Sequence record: OZ374717.1
Strand: one strand, 5' to 3'
Length of the DNA stretch: 32,000 nucleotides
Shown here: positions 1 to 10,071 of the stretch, one piece after another
Numbering within the stretch: position 1 is the stretch's first letter
How the letters are laid out: every line of letters begins with the position of its first letter
Notes under the pieces: generated by a model
Seen by the model: the letters and a program-made list of their open reading frames with translations, nothing else
Database searches by the model: none
Told to the model about the DNA's origin: nothing
Program-made: the position numbers and the translations under genes

Positions 1-1920
1 TTTGAAAAAATTAATTTGAACCATAATAAATGTTATGCTAACTAATATTGTTAACAATAAATGATAAAGAGAATTCGTTTGTAATTTATGTAAAAATATA
101 CTAAATTTGAAACATATATATGATAATCCGTAGGGTCCTATCTGTTCAAAAATACCTCTATCTATAAATTTATAACTTATTGAATAACCAAATTTAAAAA
201 AAAACTGACCAAACATATTATTATAAAGTTTATCAAAAAACCATTTTCTGTTTAAAAACGTATACATTTTTATAAAAATATTTGATAATTTAATTTTAAA
301 TAAAAAATAACTATAACCAGAATATAAAATAAAAGATAATACAAAACCAAACAAACTAAAATTAATAGGTAACAATTTATATAATAGTGAAATAAATTCA
401 ACATCAAATAAAATAAACGTTTTAAAATTAATATGAATAGAATTATTATAAAAACTACTACCGAAACCAACAATCATATCTTTACTATAATAACCAATAA
501 AAACACTAAAAACAGCTAATATTGTTAGCACAAATTTAATAACAAAATCTGAATCTATTGAATAACAAATAATGTTTTTAAAGCCATTAGGTTTAGACAA
601 AAACACTAAAAATAGTAACCTTGTTGAATAAAAAGATGTTATAAATGCCCCTGAGGTTCCAATAAAATAGCTAAAATAACTAAATATGTTATATTTGGAA
701 AAAGCAGATTCTAAAATAAAATCCTTTGAGTAAAAACCTGTTAAAAATGGAAAACCAATTAACGCCAACGAACCAATACTAATGGTTATATATGTATATG
801 GTAATAATAATTTTAATCCACCCATTTTTCGAATATCTTGCTCATCATTAATAGAATGGATAACTGAGCCTGAACATAAAAATAATAGTGCTTTGAAAAA
901 TGCATGATTAGTTAAATGAAACAAGCTAATATAAAAATCAGATAATCCACAAGAGAAAATCATATAACCAAGTTGGCTACATGTGGAATAGGCAATAATT
1001 TTTTTAAAATCATTTTGTGCCAAACCAATAACAGAACCCATTAAAGCTGTTAAACTACCTGATAAAATTAGTATTTTTAAAGTTATAAATGTATATTCAA
1101 ATAAAAACGACATTCGAATAATTAGAAAAATACCAGCAGTAACCATCGTTGCTGCATGAATTAATGCGGATACTGGTGTAGGGCCTTCCATGGCATCCCC
1201 TAACCAAGTATGTAGACCTAATTGAGCTGATTTTCCTGTTGCACCAATAAATAAAAACAAACTAATAATTTCAATTAATTGAAAATTAAAAATGGTTGTT
1301 TGATATTTAAATAATGGAATTAATGTTATTAATGTAATATAATCTACAGATTTAAAATAAATAAATATAAATAGAATACCTATTAATAAACCAAAATCAC
1401 CTATTCGATTTAAAATCATAGCCTTTATAGCTGCTTTATTTGCCTGTATTCTAGTAAACCAAAAATTAATTAACAAATAGGAACATAATCCAACACCCTC
1501 CCAACCAATAAACATTTGAATTAAATTACCTGCTGTTACTAATATTACCATAAAAAAAGAAAATAAAGATAGATATGACATAAATTTTGATAAAAACGGG
1601 TCATAATACATATATTCAACAGAATATAAATGAACCAAAAATGATATAAATGTAACTGTAAAACACATTATTATTGTTAAACTATCAAAAATAAACGACC
1701 AATAAATATTCAAAAATTCAGAGTCTATCCAATAAAATAAATTAACATATGTCAGTGATTGGAAAAAAATTATTTCAACACATAAAATTATTGAAATAAA
1801 TAATGATAAAAAAACACATGTAATAGTTAATTTTGCGGAACCTAGTGATCCGAATTGTTTCCCGAAAAATCCAGATAAACATGAGCCTAATAGTGGAAAA
1901 AAAATTAACAATAAGTACAT
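1..1920 (-). CDS. nad5: NADH dehydrogenase subunit 5, partial (C-terminus runs off the left window edge)
   Basis: Hand translation of the minus strand from ATG at 1920..1918 gives 640 uninterrupted codons down to position 1 (MYLLLIFFPLLGS...GWEGVGLCSYLLINFWFTR...HTWLGDAMEGPTPVSALIHAATMVTAG...), a Nad5/NuoL signature. It is missing from the ORF track only because no stop lies inside the window. Confidence 0.95.
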   Translation of the reverse strand, partial: MYLLLIFFPLLGSCLSGFFGKQFGSLGSAKLTITCVFLSLFISIILCVEIIFFQSLTYVNLFYWIDSEFLNIYWSFIFDSLTIIMCFTVTFISFLVHLYSVEYMYYDPFLSKFMSYLSLFSFFMVILVTAGNLIQMFIGWEGVGLCSYLLINFWFTRIQANKAAIKAMILNRIGDFGLLIGILFIFIYFKSVDYITLITLIPLFKYQTTIFNFQLIEIISLFLFIGATGKSAQLGLHTWLGDAMEGPTPVSALIHAATMVTAGIFLIIRMSFLFEYTFITLKILILSGSLTALMGSVIGLAQNDFKKIIAYSTCSQLGYMIFSCGLSDFYISLFHLTNHAFFKALLFLCSGSVIHSINDEQDIRKMGGLKLLLPYTYITISIGSLALIGFPFLTGFYSKDFILESAFSKYNIFSYFSYFIGTSGAFITSFYSTRLLFLVFLSKPNGFKNIICYSIDSDFVIKFVLTILAVFSVFIGYYSKDMIVGFGSSFYNNSIHINFKTFILFDVEFISLLYKLLPINFSLFGFVLSFILYSGYSYFLFKIKLSNIFIKMYTFLNRKWFFDKLYNNMFGQFFFKFGYSISYKFIDRGIFEQIGPYGLSYICFKFSIFLHKLQTNSLYHLLLTILVSITFIMVQINFFK

Positions 1921-1926
1921 TTTTTT

Positions 1927-2018
1927 TAGAAAAAATAGGATTTGAACCTATGATATAAAAATTATTTTATATAAAAATTTAGCAAATTTTCGCTATAAAA
2001 CCACTCAGCCATTTCTCT
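1927..2018 (-). tRNA. trnS(gcu): tRNA-Ser (anticodon GCU), long variable arm
   Basis: Hand-folded cloverleaf: acceptor AGAGAAA/TTTTTCT, anticodon arm AAAAT-TTGCTAA-ATTTT, long variable arm, T arm ATAGG-TTCAAAT-CCTAT. Confidence 0.85.
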
Positions 2019-2035
2019 TTTTTTTAATTATCAAA

Positions 2036-2108
2036 TATTTCCAATGAGGTTTGAACTCATACATTTGTCGTGAAAAAACAACGTCTTAACCATTTAGACG
2101 ATAGAAAC
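2036..2108 (-). tRNA. trnE(uuc): tRNA-Glu (anticodon UUC)
   Basis: Acceptor GTTTCTA/TGGAAAT (two G-U pairs), anticodon arm TTGTT-TTTTCAC-GACAA, T arm ATGAG-TTCAAAC-CTCAT. Confidence 0.85.
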
Positions 2109-2316
2109 GTTAACATTAAATTTTATTAATTGATTTCATTTTTAGTATTTAAAATAAAATTTAATTTAACTCTTGAGTTCAAAAGATTTCAGGTATAAAA
2201 TTAATTTTATATTGACATTAAAAAATACAATTTTTATCTATTAATTATCTAACTAGTCTAGTCCCGATAACTTTGTTCCAATAAAAATTTGATCATTTTT
2301 TTAAAATAAAACTAAT

Positions 2317-2390
2317 TCAGCTAAAATAGATTTGAACTATTGTCTCCCCATTTATCAAACGGGTACTCTAAACCACTGAGTTATTAGCCT
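2317..2390 (-). tRNA. trnI(gau): tRNA-Ile (anticodon GAU)
   Basis: D arm ACTC-AGTGGTTTA-GAGT, anticodon arm CCCGT-TTGATAA-ATGGG, T arm AATAG-TTCAAAT-CTATT. Acceptor is AGGCTAA/TTAGCTG with an A/G mismatch at 1:72. Confidence 0.8.
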
Positions 2391-2392
2391 AA

Positions 2393-2848
2393 CTATAAAA
2401 CTTTTATTATTATAATATTTAAAAATTTAGATAATAATTTTACTCTAATTTTAAATTTAATTTTTTTATTATATAAATTTGAATACTTAATAAAACTCAA
2501 ATTTATAAATTTACAATTTTTTGTTATACAATCTAATTTATATAAATAACTTATTATTTTTATTTTTATATCAAAAAATAATTTATTTAAAATTATTTTA
2601 AATAAAAGTATAAAATTTATAAAATTGAATAAAATTAAAACAATTTGTTTTTTATAAATTTTAAACCCAACCTTTTGTTGTGCAATTTTATGCACATGAG
2701 GTGACTTTAAAATACTAAATTTAGTTAAATTTTTTCTTTTATTAAACACTTTTTTAATAATATTTAATTTAATTAATAATAAATAAAAAACATTAATCAT
2801 AATTAATATTGATTTTTTATTTTTAGATTTAATATCTATTAAAAACAT
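2393..2848 (-). CDS. rps10: ribosomal protein S10 (divergent, Lys/Ile/Asn-rich)
   Basis: ATG-initiated 151-aa ORF. The segment FSILKSPHVHKIAQQKVGFKIYKKQIVLI matches the conserved S10 core (bacterial [28 protein letters not shown] pattern). Confidence 0.7.
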   Translation of the reverse strand: MFLIDIKSKNKKSILIMINVFYLLLIKLNIIKKVFNKRKNLTKFSILKSPHVHKIAQQKVGFKIYKKQIVLILFNFINFILLFKIILNKLFFDIKIKIISYLYKLDCITKNCKFINLSFIKYSNLYNKKIKFKIRVKLLSKFLNIIIIKVL

Positions 2849-2856
2849 TAAATATT

Positions 2857-3612
2857 TTAACTACCATCCTGAATATTTATACAAGTTAAAATTATAAAAA
2901 CATAGGTTTGAATTAAAGCTACACCTAATTCTAAACCGAATAAAATAATTAATGTAATTAAAGGAAAAATTGAATAAACCGAATAAAAATTCTCCAAAAC
3001 AACTAATTCCCACGAAAATCCAACTATTACTTTTAAAAGTGTATGACCTGCCATTAAATTAATAAAAAGCCTTACACCTAAACTAACAGGTTTTGCCAAG
3101 TACGATATAAATTCTATTGGAACTAAAATTAACGCTAGATAAATAGATGTATTTGGTGGAAAAAATAAAAGAAAAGTTTTTAACCTATATTTTTGAATTG
3201 TAATAATATTTATACCAATAAATACAGAAAACGATAAATTAAATGTAACATATAAATGACTAGTAATTGTAAACGAGTACGGTAATAAACCAATTAAATT
3301 ACTAAACAAAATAAAATTAAAAACCATGGAGATGAATAAAAAATATTTTTCACTATCTTTTGTTATTGAACCTGTTAATAATTGAATAACAATTAAAGTC
3401 ATTAATTCTAATAACTTTTGCCATGAGTAGGGAACATAATATAAATATAATTTTTTATTTAAATAAATGCTATTAAAAAATATATTGATAGTAATAACTA
3501 ATAATATTAATAAATTTATAATTAAAAAATTTGTTATTGTAAAGTTTACATTAAATAATTTAAAATCATTTAATAATAAAATTTGAAATTGTTCCAAAGG
3601 TGCATTTAACAT
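2857..3612 (-). CDS. atp6: ATP synthase F0 subunit a
   Basis: 251-aa ORF with ATG start. N-terminal SPLEQF-like motif (APLEQFQI) and C-terminal GVRLFINLMAGHTLLKV...GLELGVALIQTYVF, typical of Atp6. Confidence 0.95.
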   Translation of the reverse strand: MLNAPLEQFQILLLNDFKLFNVNFTITNFLIINLLILLVITINIFFNSIYLNKKLYLYYVPYSWQKLLELMTLIVIQLLTGSITKDSEKYFLFISMVFNFILFSNLIGLLPYSFTITSHLYVTFNLSFSVFIGINIITIQKYRLKTFLLFFPPNTSIYLALILVPIEFISYLAKPVSLGVRLFINLMAGHTLLKVIVGFSWELVVLENFYSVYSIFPLITLIILFGLELGVALIQTYVFIILTCINIQDGS

Positions 3613-3631
3613 TTTATTTATTTATGATAAT

Positions 3632-3702
3632 ATGGAATAAAAGGAATTGAACCTTTATTAATTATACCAAAAACAATCGCTGTACCAATTAGCTATACTC
3701 CA
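3632..3702 (-). tRNA. trnQ(uug): tRNA-Gln (anticodon UUG)
   Basis: Acceptor TGGAGTA/TATTCCA, anticodon arm ATTGT-TTTTGGT-ATAAT, T arm AAAGG-TTCAATT-CCTTT. The 5' end directly abuts the cox1 stop codon. Confidence 0.8.
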
Positions 3703-5220
<1,518 letters not shown>

Positions 5221-5520
5221 TTACCAATTAATATTCAAAATTCCGTATATTTCTCCATTTTGAATCTTTTTTAAAAAAATATACCTAGAAAAAGATGAAA
5301 ATTTATTAAAACGCTTTTTATTATAAGTTATAGTACATTGATTTATTATAGATATATTGGAATTAAACACAAATAAATACTTTAATTTTAAGTAGGCTTT
5401 ATACCTCATTAATATAAATAAAAATGTGTTTTTTATTATTGATTTTAATAAAAAATATTTTTTATTATTGATTTTAATTAAATTTCGTAACTTTTTATCT
5501 TTATTATACAATTTTTTCAT
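5221..5520 (-). CDS. rps14: ribosomal protein S14
   Basis: The C-terminal half CTITYNKKRFNKFSSFSRYIFLKKIQNGEIYGILNINW follows the S14 pattern C..tGr.r....f.lsR..fr.la..g.ipG..k.sW. The track start at 5526 is a TTG. The ATG at 5520..5518 overlaps the nad3 TGA stop (ATGA). Confidence 0.8.
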   Translation of the reverse strand: MKKLYNKDKKLRNLIKINNKKYFLLKSIIKNTFLFILMRYKAYLKLKYLFVFNSNISIINQCTITYNKKRFNKFSSFSRYIFLKKIQNGEIYGILNINW

Positions 5521-5900
5521 TCCCAATTTAATGAATTAGTATACCAAATATAAAAAAATCCTAAATTTAGTTCAAAAATAAAATCAATCATAGACCAAAA
5601 ATTTAATAAATTTGCTTTAGATATTGACAAACACCAAGGAATCATATATAAAACCTCAATATCGAAAATAATAAAAAAAATAGCAACTAAATAGAAACGA
5701 ATATTGAAATTATGCCGAGTATTTTCATAGGGTTCATAACCACATTCATAAATAGAAAGTTTATCTGAATCAGGTTTTTGATACATTAAAAAATAGGAAA
5801 ATAAAACTAATATACATGCTAATACCGTTGAAATTAATAATAAAATTAATAAATTTAAAAAATCATTTGTAATAAAATTTGATATATTAAAATTATTCAT
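5517..5900 (-). CDS. nad3: NADH dehydrogenase subunit 3
   Basis: Conserved core YECGYEPYENTRHNFNIRFYLVAIFFIIFDIEV and C-terminal LNWE. I place the start at ATG 5900..5898. The longer track ORF is an upstream extension overlapping cox3. The stop is TGA at 5519..5517. Confidence 0.9.
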   Translation of the reverse strand: MNNFNISNFITNDFLNLLILLLISTVLACILVLFSYFLMYQKPDSDKLSIYECGYEPYENTRHNFNIRFYLVAIFFIIFDIEVLYMIPWCLSISKANLLNFWSMIDFIFELNLGFFYIWYTNSLNWE

Positions 5901-6732
5901 AATATTTGTTACTCCACCAATAAACAGAAATAAATAAAAATAACCATACAACATCAACAAAATGCCAATACCATATAGCAGCTTCAAAACCAAAATGGTG
6001 ATTACTTGTAAAATGGTTTAAAATAATGCGAATGAATGATATTAATAAAGCTATTGTCCCTATAAAAACATGAAATCCATGAAATCCTGTGGCCATAAAA
6101 AAACAACTACCATAGATACCATCACTAATAAAAAAAGGTGCATTAAAATATTCAAAACTTTGTAAAATTGTAAATAAAATAGCTAAAATTAAAGTAAATA
6201 TCAGTGAAATAATTGTGTGTTTTTTTGCTCTAATTAAAATAGCATGGTGTGACCACGTGACAGTAACACCTGAACTTAATAAAAAAAATGTATTTGTTAA
6301 CGGAACAGTATACGAACTTATTAAACTAATTGCTTTTGGAGGCCAAACAGCCCCTATATTAAAAACAGGAGATATACTAGAGTGGAAAAACGCCCAGAAA
6401 AAAGCAAAAAAAAACATTACTTCTGAAATAATAAATAAAACCATTGCCAAACGCAAACCTTTTTGGACAGTATTCGTATGACAACCTTCAAACGTCGCTT
6501 CACGTATAATATCTTGCCACCAAAAAAACATAGTATATAATATAATTAAAAACCCTGTTATAAATAAATCCCAACCTCCATTAAATTTATGCATATATAA
6601 AACACCACCAATTGTTAGAGAAAAACCACCAACTGAACCAAAAAACGGCCATGGACTAGGGTCAACTAGATGATAATTATGAGTTGTTTTTAAATGAATT
6701 AAAAAATATTTATTATTTAATAACATAATCAT
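5893..6732 (-). CDS. cox3: cytochrome c oxidase subunit 3
   Basis: 279-aa ORF with HNYHLVDPSPWP, WWQDIIREATFEG.HT and YWHFVDVVWLFLF motifs. ATG at 6732 (or 6726). It overlaps cob by 14-20 nt and nad3 by 8 nt. Confidence 0.95.
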   Translation of the reverse strand: MIMLLNNKYFLIHLKTTHNYHLVDPSPWPFFGSVGGFSLTIGGVLYMHKFNGGWDLFITGFLIILYTMFFWWQDIIREATFEGCHTNTVQKGLRLAMVLFIISEVMFFFAFFWAFFHSSISPVFNIGAVWPPKAISLISSYTVPLTNTFFLLSSGVTVTWSHHAILIRAKKHTIISLIFTLILAILFTILQSFEYFNAPFFISDGIYGSCFFMATGFHGFHVFIGTIALLISFIRIILNHFTSNHHFGFEAAIWYWHFVDVVWLFLFISVYWWSNKYYE

Positions 6733-7957
6733 TATTTAACTTTTTTTTTAATAAAAATACCTCAATTATTCCAGAAATTGGCAATAAAATTATAAAAAAT
6801 AAGTAATAATATATTGTCGCTATTTGACTAATAATAACATATCTTTTATATTTTATATCCATAGAGCCTACCCACAATAAAATGCTACAATCTGCAATAA
6901 ATAACCAAAAGAAAAATTTAAAAAGAGGTCTATAATTTGTGTTTCGAATGACTGAATTATTAGTAAATGGTATTGTTAATAATATAACTATCGAACCAAA
7001 CATTGCTAAAATACCAACAGTTTTATGTGGTATTCCCCTCAGTATAGCATAAAACACCAAAAAATACCATTCCGGGACAACATGTAATGGCGTTTTCATC
7101 GGATTAGCTTTTATATAATTATCTGGATGATTTAAAAATTCTGGATTATAAAAAACAAAATATCCAAAAATTAATAAAAAACTAAAAAAGGCAAATAAAT
7201 CTTTAATTGCAAAATATGGATAAAACGGCAAATAATCACCTTCAAAATCAGATCCAATTGGATTATTTGACCCAACCTTATGTAATAAAGCTAAATGTAT
7301 TATACTAAAAGCGATAATTATAAAAGGTAAAATAAAATGAACAACAAAAAACCGACGTAAAGTTGGATCTTTTATAACAAATCCACCCCATAACCACTCA
7401 GCAATTAATTGTCCTTTCGGTAAAATTGTTACCATACTTGTAATAACAGTCGCTCCCCAGAAACTCATTTGTCCCCATGGCAACACATAACCAGTAAATG
7501 CAGTTCCCATCATTAATAAAAGTATTATTACACCAGAACACCAGATTAACTCTCTTGGTTGTAAATATGATCCGTAATAAAGACCACGAAATAAATGTGC
7601 ATATACAACAATAAAAAACATGGAGGCACCATTGGCATGAACATATCTAATAAACCAACCATTAGGAATATCTCTCATAATGTATTGGATAGAATTAAAA
7701 GCAAATTTCATATTAGGTATATAATTTATTGCTAAAAAAATACCTGTTATAATCTGTACAATTAAACAAATACCGGCTAACGAACCAAAACTCCAAGCAT
7801 ATGATAAATTAATTGGTGTCGGATAATGAATTAAATGACTATCGATAAATGAAAATATATAATTATTTTTATTTGGCCTCAACCAATTAATAACAAACAA
7901 TTTTTTTAATTTATTTACTATTAATAATTTACTATTTTTAATAGAATTTATTAACAC
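6713..7957 (-). CDS. cob: apocytochrome b (GTG start, no in-frame ATG available)
   Basis: 414-aa ORF with PTPINLSYAWSFGSLAG, YVHANGASMFF, VLPWGQMSFWGATVIT and VPEWYFL motifs. The frame opens after an in-frame TGA at 7969..7967. The first plausible initiator is GTG at 7957..7955. Confidence 0.95.
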   Translation of the reverse strand: MLINSIKNSKLLIVNKLKKLFVINWLRPNKNNYIFSFIDSHLIHYPTPINLSYAWSFGSLAGICLIVQIITGIFLAINYIPNMKFAFNSIQYIMRDIPNGWFIRYVHANGASMFFIVVYAHLFRGLYYGSYLQPRELIWCSGVIILLLMMGTAFTGYVLPWGQMSFWGATVITSMVTILPKGQLIAEWLWGGFVIKDPTLRRFFVVHFILPFIIIAFSIIHLALLHKVGSNNPIGSDFEGDYLPFYPYFAIKDLFAFFSFLLIFGYFVFYNPEFLNHPDNYIKANPMKTPLHVVPEWYFLVFYAILRGIPHKTVGILAMFGSIVILLTIPFTNNSVIRNTNYRPLFKFFFWLFIADCSILLWVGSMDIKYKRYVIISQIATIYYYLFFIILLPISGIIEVFLLKKKLNNDYVIK

Positions 7958-8002
7958 ATTATAATATCATTAAATAAAAAATGTAAAATTATAAATATTA
8001 TA

Positions 8003-8205
8003 AAAAACCTTGACTGTAACACTATTTTTAACATATTTATTTAAGATGTTATTGTTTATTAAAAAAACCTTATACTATCAGTAAAAATAAACTATAAATT
8101 ATTAAAAAGATATGAATTTAAAGGTAACCCCCTTTGTCTGTTATAAACAATCTCGAAACAATTGCATTTTTGAATGATGGAATGCTGAAATCATAAAATT
8201 AAAAA
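8003..8205 (+). repeat. dispersed partial copy (about 195 bp, roughly 90 percent identical by eye) of the 467-bp repeat unit, just upstream of cob
   Basis: 8011..8205 aligns with 28408..28592 (tgactgtaac...ggtaaccccctttgtctgttataaacaa...ttgcatttttgaatgatggaatgctgaaatcataaaattaaaa), apart from scattered substitutions and an 11-bp insertion tctcgaaacaa at 8151..8161. Confidence 0.9.
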
Positions 8206-8269
8206 TATAAATTTTTTTTTTAAAATAAAATCATAAAGTTAAAAATAAAAATATTTTTGAAAACTAAAC

Positions 8270-8454
8270 CATATCTCGCTTTTTTTTAACGATATAATGA
8301 TGAAATTAAAAAACAGAATATTTTTATCTTTATGGGATTACTTTTTTAACAATATTATGATAAAATTTTAAAAATAAAATTAAATGATCAAGTTAAAAAA
8401 TAGAATATTTTTATCTTTACGAAATTATTTTTTTAACTATATTATTATGAAATT
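8270..8454. repeat. degenerate local tandem repeats (three units starting ttttttaac..at.at.atga.aaatt, variable length)
   Basis: Units begin near 8282, 8343 and 8431. They share ttttttaacNatatWatgaWaaaatt and agaatatttttatcttta blocks. Confidence 0.6.
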
Positions 8455-8527
8455 TAAATCTAGCAGGATTTGAACCTACAACAAAATTGTTATGAACAAT
8501 ATGCTCTACCAATTGAGCTATAAATTT
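8455..8527 (-). tRNA. trnM(cau): tRNA with anticodon CAU (Met, or Ile if C34 is modified)
   Basis: Acceptor AAATTTA/TAGATTT, D arm GCTC-AATTGGTA-GAGC, anticodon loop TTCATAA, T arm GTAGG-TTCAAAT-CCTGC. Confidence 0.8.
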
Positions 8528-8541
8528 TTATACAATTATTT

Positions 8542-10071
8542 TTAAAAAAAATTCGTTTGCTGTAAACGTTTTATATTTGAACATTTAACCATAATCAGAG
8601 AATTTTGACTATAATTATCTTTACCTTCAATAAAAAAATCATTTAACCAAAATTTTATCTTTGTATTTAATAATTTTACTATTTTTATAATAAATACATT
8701 TTTACTTTGATTTAAATAAAATGAGTTATTATTATTCAAAATATGATTAATACCTACTATTTTCTTTGCTAAATATAGTAAAAAAATAATTTTTATAAAA
8801 TGATATCGACTTTTTAAATTAAAACTTATTAAAAAATTCACTTTGAAAATTAACAATTTTTTATTTAATTTTTTAAAAATATACCGTATTAACTTCCAAT
8901 TTGACTTTAATTTGTTATTAAAAAATAAAGGTAAACTATTTTTTATTAAACCTTCATTATTAAAAAACAAATCTGTTGTTTCAAAAAATGTTTTTACTGG
9001 CAAATAAAAATAATTTTTAAATTCAATTAATTTTTCTGAAATAAAAATATTAGTTTGATTTAAATGATTTTTCTTTATTAATAAAATATTATTTCTTTTT
9101 GTTAAATATAATAAATTAATATTTAAAATATTAGTAAAAATAATATTTTTAAAATTCAAGATATTTAAAAAATAAACTGAACTGTATTGAAATAATAATT
9201 TATTACTATTTGTGAAATTATTTATAGAATGCACACCAGTTTCATATATAGATGTATTTATTATATTAACATTAAAATATTTAATTAATTTCATTAAATT
9301 TGTTAAAAATAAATAAATAAATTTACAGTCTTTTCGTTTAAATAACTCAGAACCAATAATTACTATTGGATTTTTGGTATATGTTAAAATTTGACAGTAG
9401 AAATGTATTCCCTCTGTTAAAATTTTTAAAATTTTAAATGTATTACCTAAAATTCGTAAAGGAAAAGTTAAATTTAAAAAAGAACCTATCCCTAATAAAT
9501 TAAAATTTCCTTTTAAAAGCCTTTGTTTTAATTTTAAATTTAAATTTACGGATTCCAATTTTAAATTAGTATTCATTAATAAACAAAAATTCGATTTTTC
9601 TAATTTTATTTTATTAAATAAAAAATAGGATTCTAAATCTTTGTTTAATTTTTTTTCATAGATTGTATTAATCTTAATAAAAAAATGCTTTTGTTTAAAA
9701 ATGGATAATAAACATAACGTATCAAAACCTAAATTTTCATAAATAATATAAAAAAAACTAATTATTTTATATTTCAATCGACTAAATTCAAATAAATATA
9801 ACGTTTTATTTAAAGCTAAAAACATTTTTTTAAAAAAATTTAATGAGATATGTTCATTTTTAAAATTTTTTAATGTGTTAAAAAAATGCCTACTTTTATT
9901 ACTAATAAAAGAATTTTTACAATGATCAGGTTCAATTTGAATTATTTTATTATTATTGATCAAAATCTTTAAATTATAACCAAAAGAATCTGTAGGATCA
10001 AAAAATGATACTTTTTCAATCTCCCAACCCCGTAATTCAAAAGGAAAATTTTTATTGGTTAAAGCACCCAT
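8542..10071 (-). CDS. nad11: NADH dehydrogenase subunit 11, C-terminal (molybdopterin-like) domain as a separate, highly divergent ORF
   Basis: ATG-initiated 509-aa ORF. Its N-terminus [36 protein letters not shown]...[21 protein letters not shown] follows the Nad11/NuoG segment just after the last Fe-S cysteine (VGALTsKp..f..RpWEl....siD..D..G.ni......v.RI.P..n...N..wisDK.RF). The rest is Asn/Lys/Ile/Phe-rich and not recognisable by eye. Confidence 0.75.
   Translation of the reverse strand: MGALTNKNFPFELRGWEIEKVSFFDPTDSFGYNLKILINNNKIIQIEPDHCKNSFISNKSRHFFNTLKNFKNEHISLNFFKKMFLALNKTLYLFEFSRLKYKIISFFYIIYENLGFDTLCLLSIFKQKHFFIKINTIYEKKLNKDLESYFLFNKIKLEKSNFCLLMNTNLKLESVNLNLKLKQRLLKGNFNLLGIGSFLNLTFPLRILGNTFKILKILTEGIHFYCQILTYTKNPIVIIGSELFKRKDCKFIYLFLTNLMKLIKYFNVNIINTSIYETGVHSINNFTNSNKLLFQYSSVYFLNILNFKNIIFTNILNINLLYLTKRNNILLIKKNHLNQTNIFISEKLIEFKNYFYLPVKTFFETTDLFFNNEGLIKNSLPLFFNNKLKSNWKLIRYIFKKLNKKLLIFKVNFLISFNLKSRYHFIKIIFLLYLAKKIVGINHILNNNNSFYLNQSKNVFIIKIVKLLNTKIKFWLNDFFIEGKDNYSQNSLIMVKCSNIKRLQQTNFF

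Noticed and set aside
270-473. 67-aa minus-strand ORF from the track
   Set aside because: It lies entirely inside nad5 in a different frame. The hydrophobic low-complexity translation is typical of an off-frame reading of an AT-rich membrane-protein gene.
5517-5519. Possibility that TGA encodes Trp (a common mitochondrial code change)
   Set aside because: trnW has anticodon CCA and conserved Trp positions use TGG. TGA falls exactly at the expected ends of nad3 (..LNWE) and rps2. All core genes are intact under the standard code.
5901-5993. N-terminal extensions of track ORFs (nad3 to 5993, nad1 to 21489, cox2 to 22308, rpl14 to 17243, rpl5 to 16703, atp9 to 11542, rps14 to 5526)
   Set aside because: Each extension starts at a TTG. 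Each overlaps the upstream gene or a tRNA and adds residues absent from the conserved family N-terminus. A canonical ATG (GTG for rpl5) sits at the expected position.
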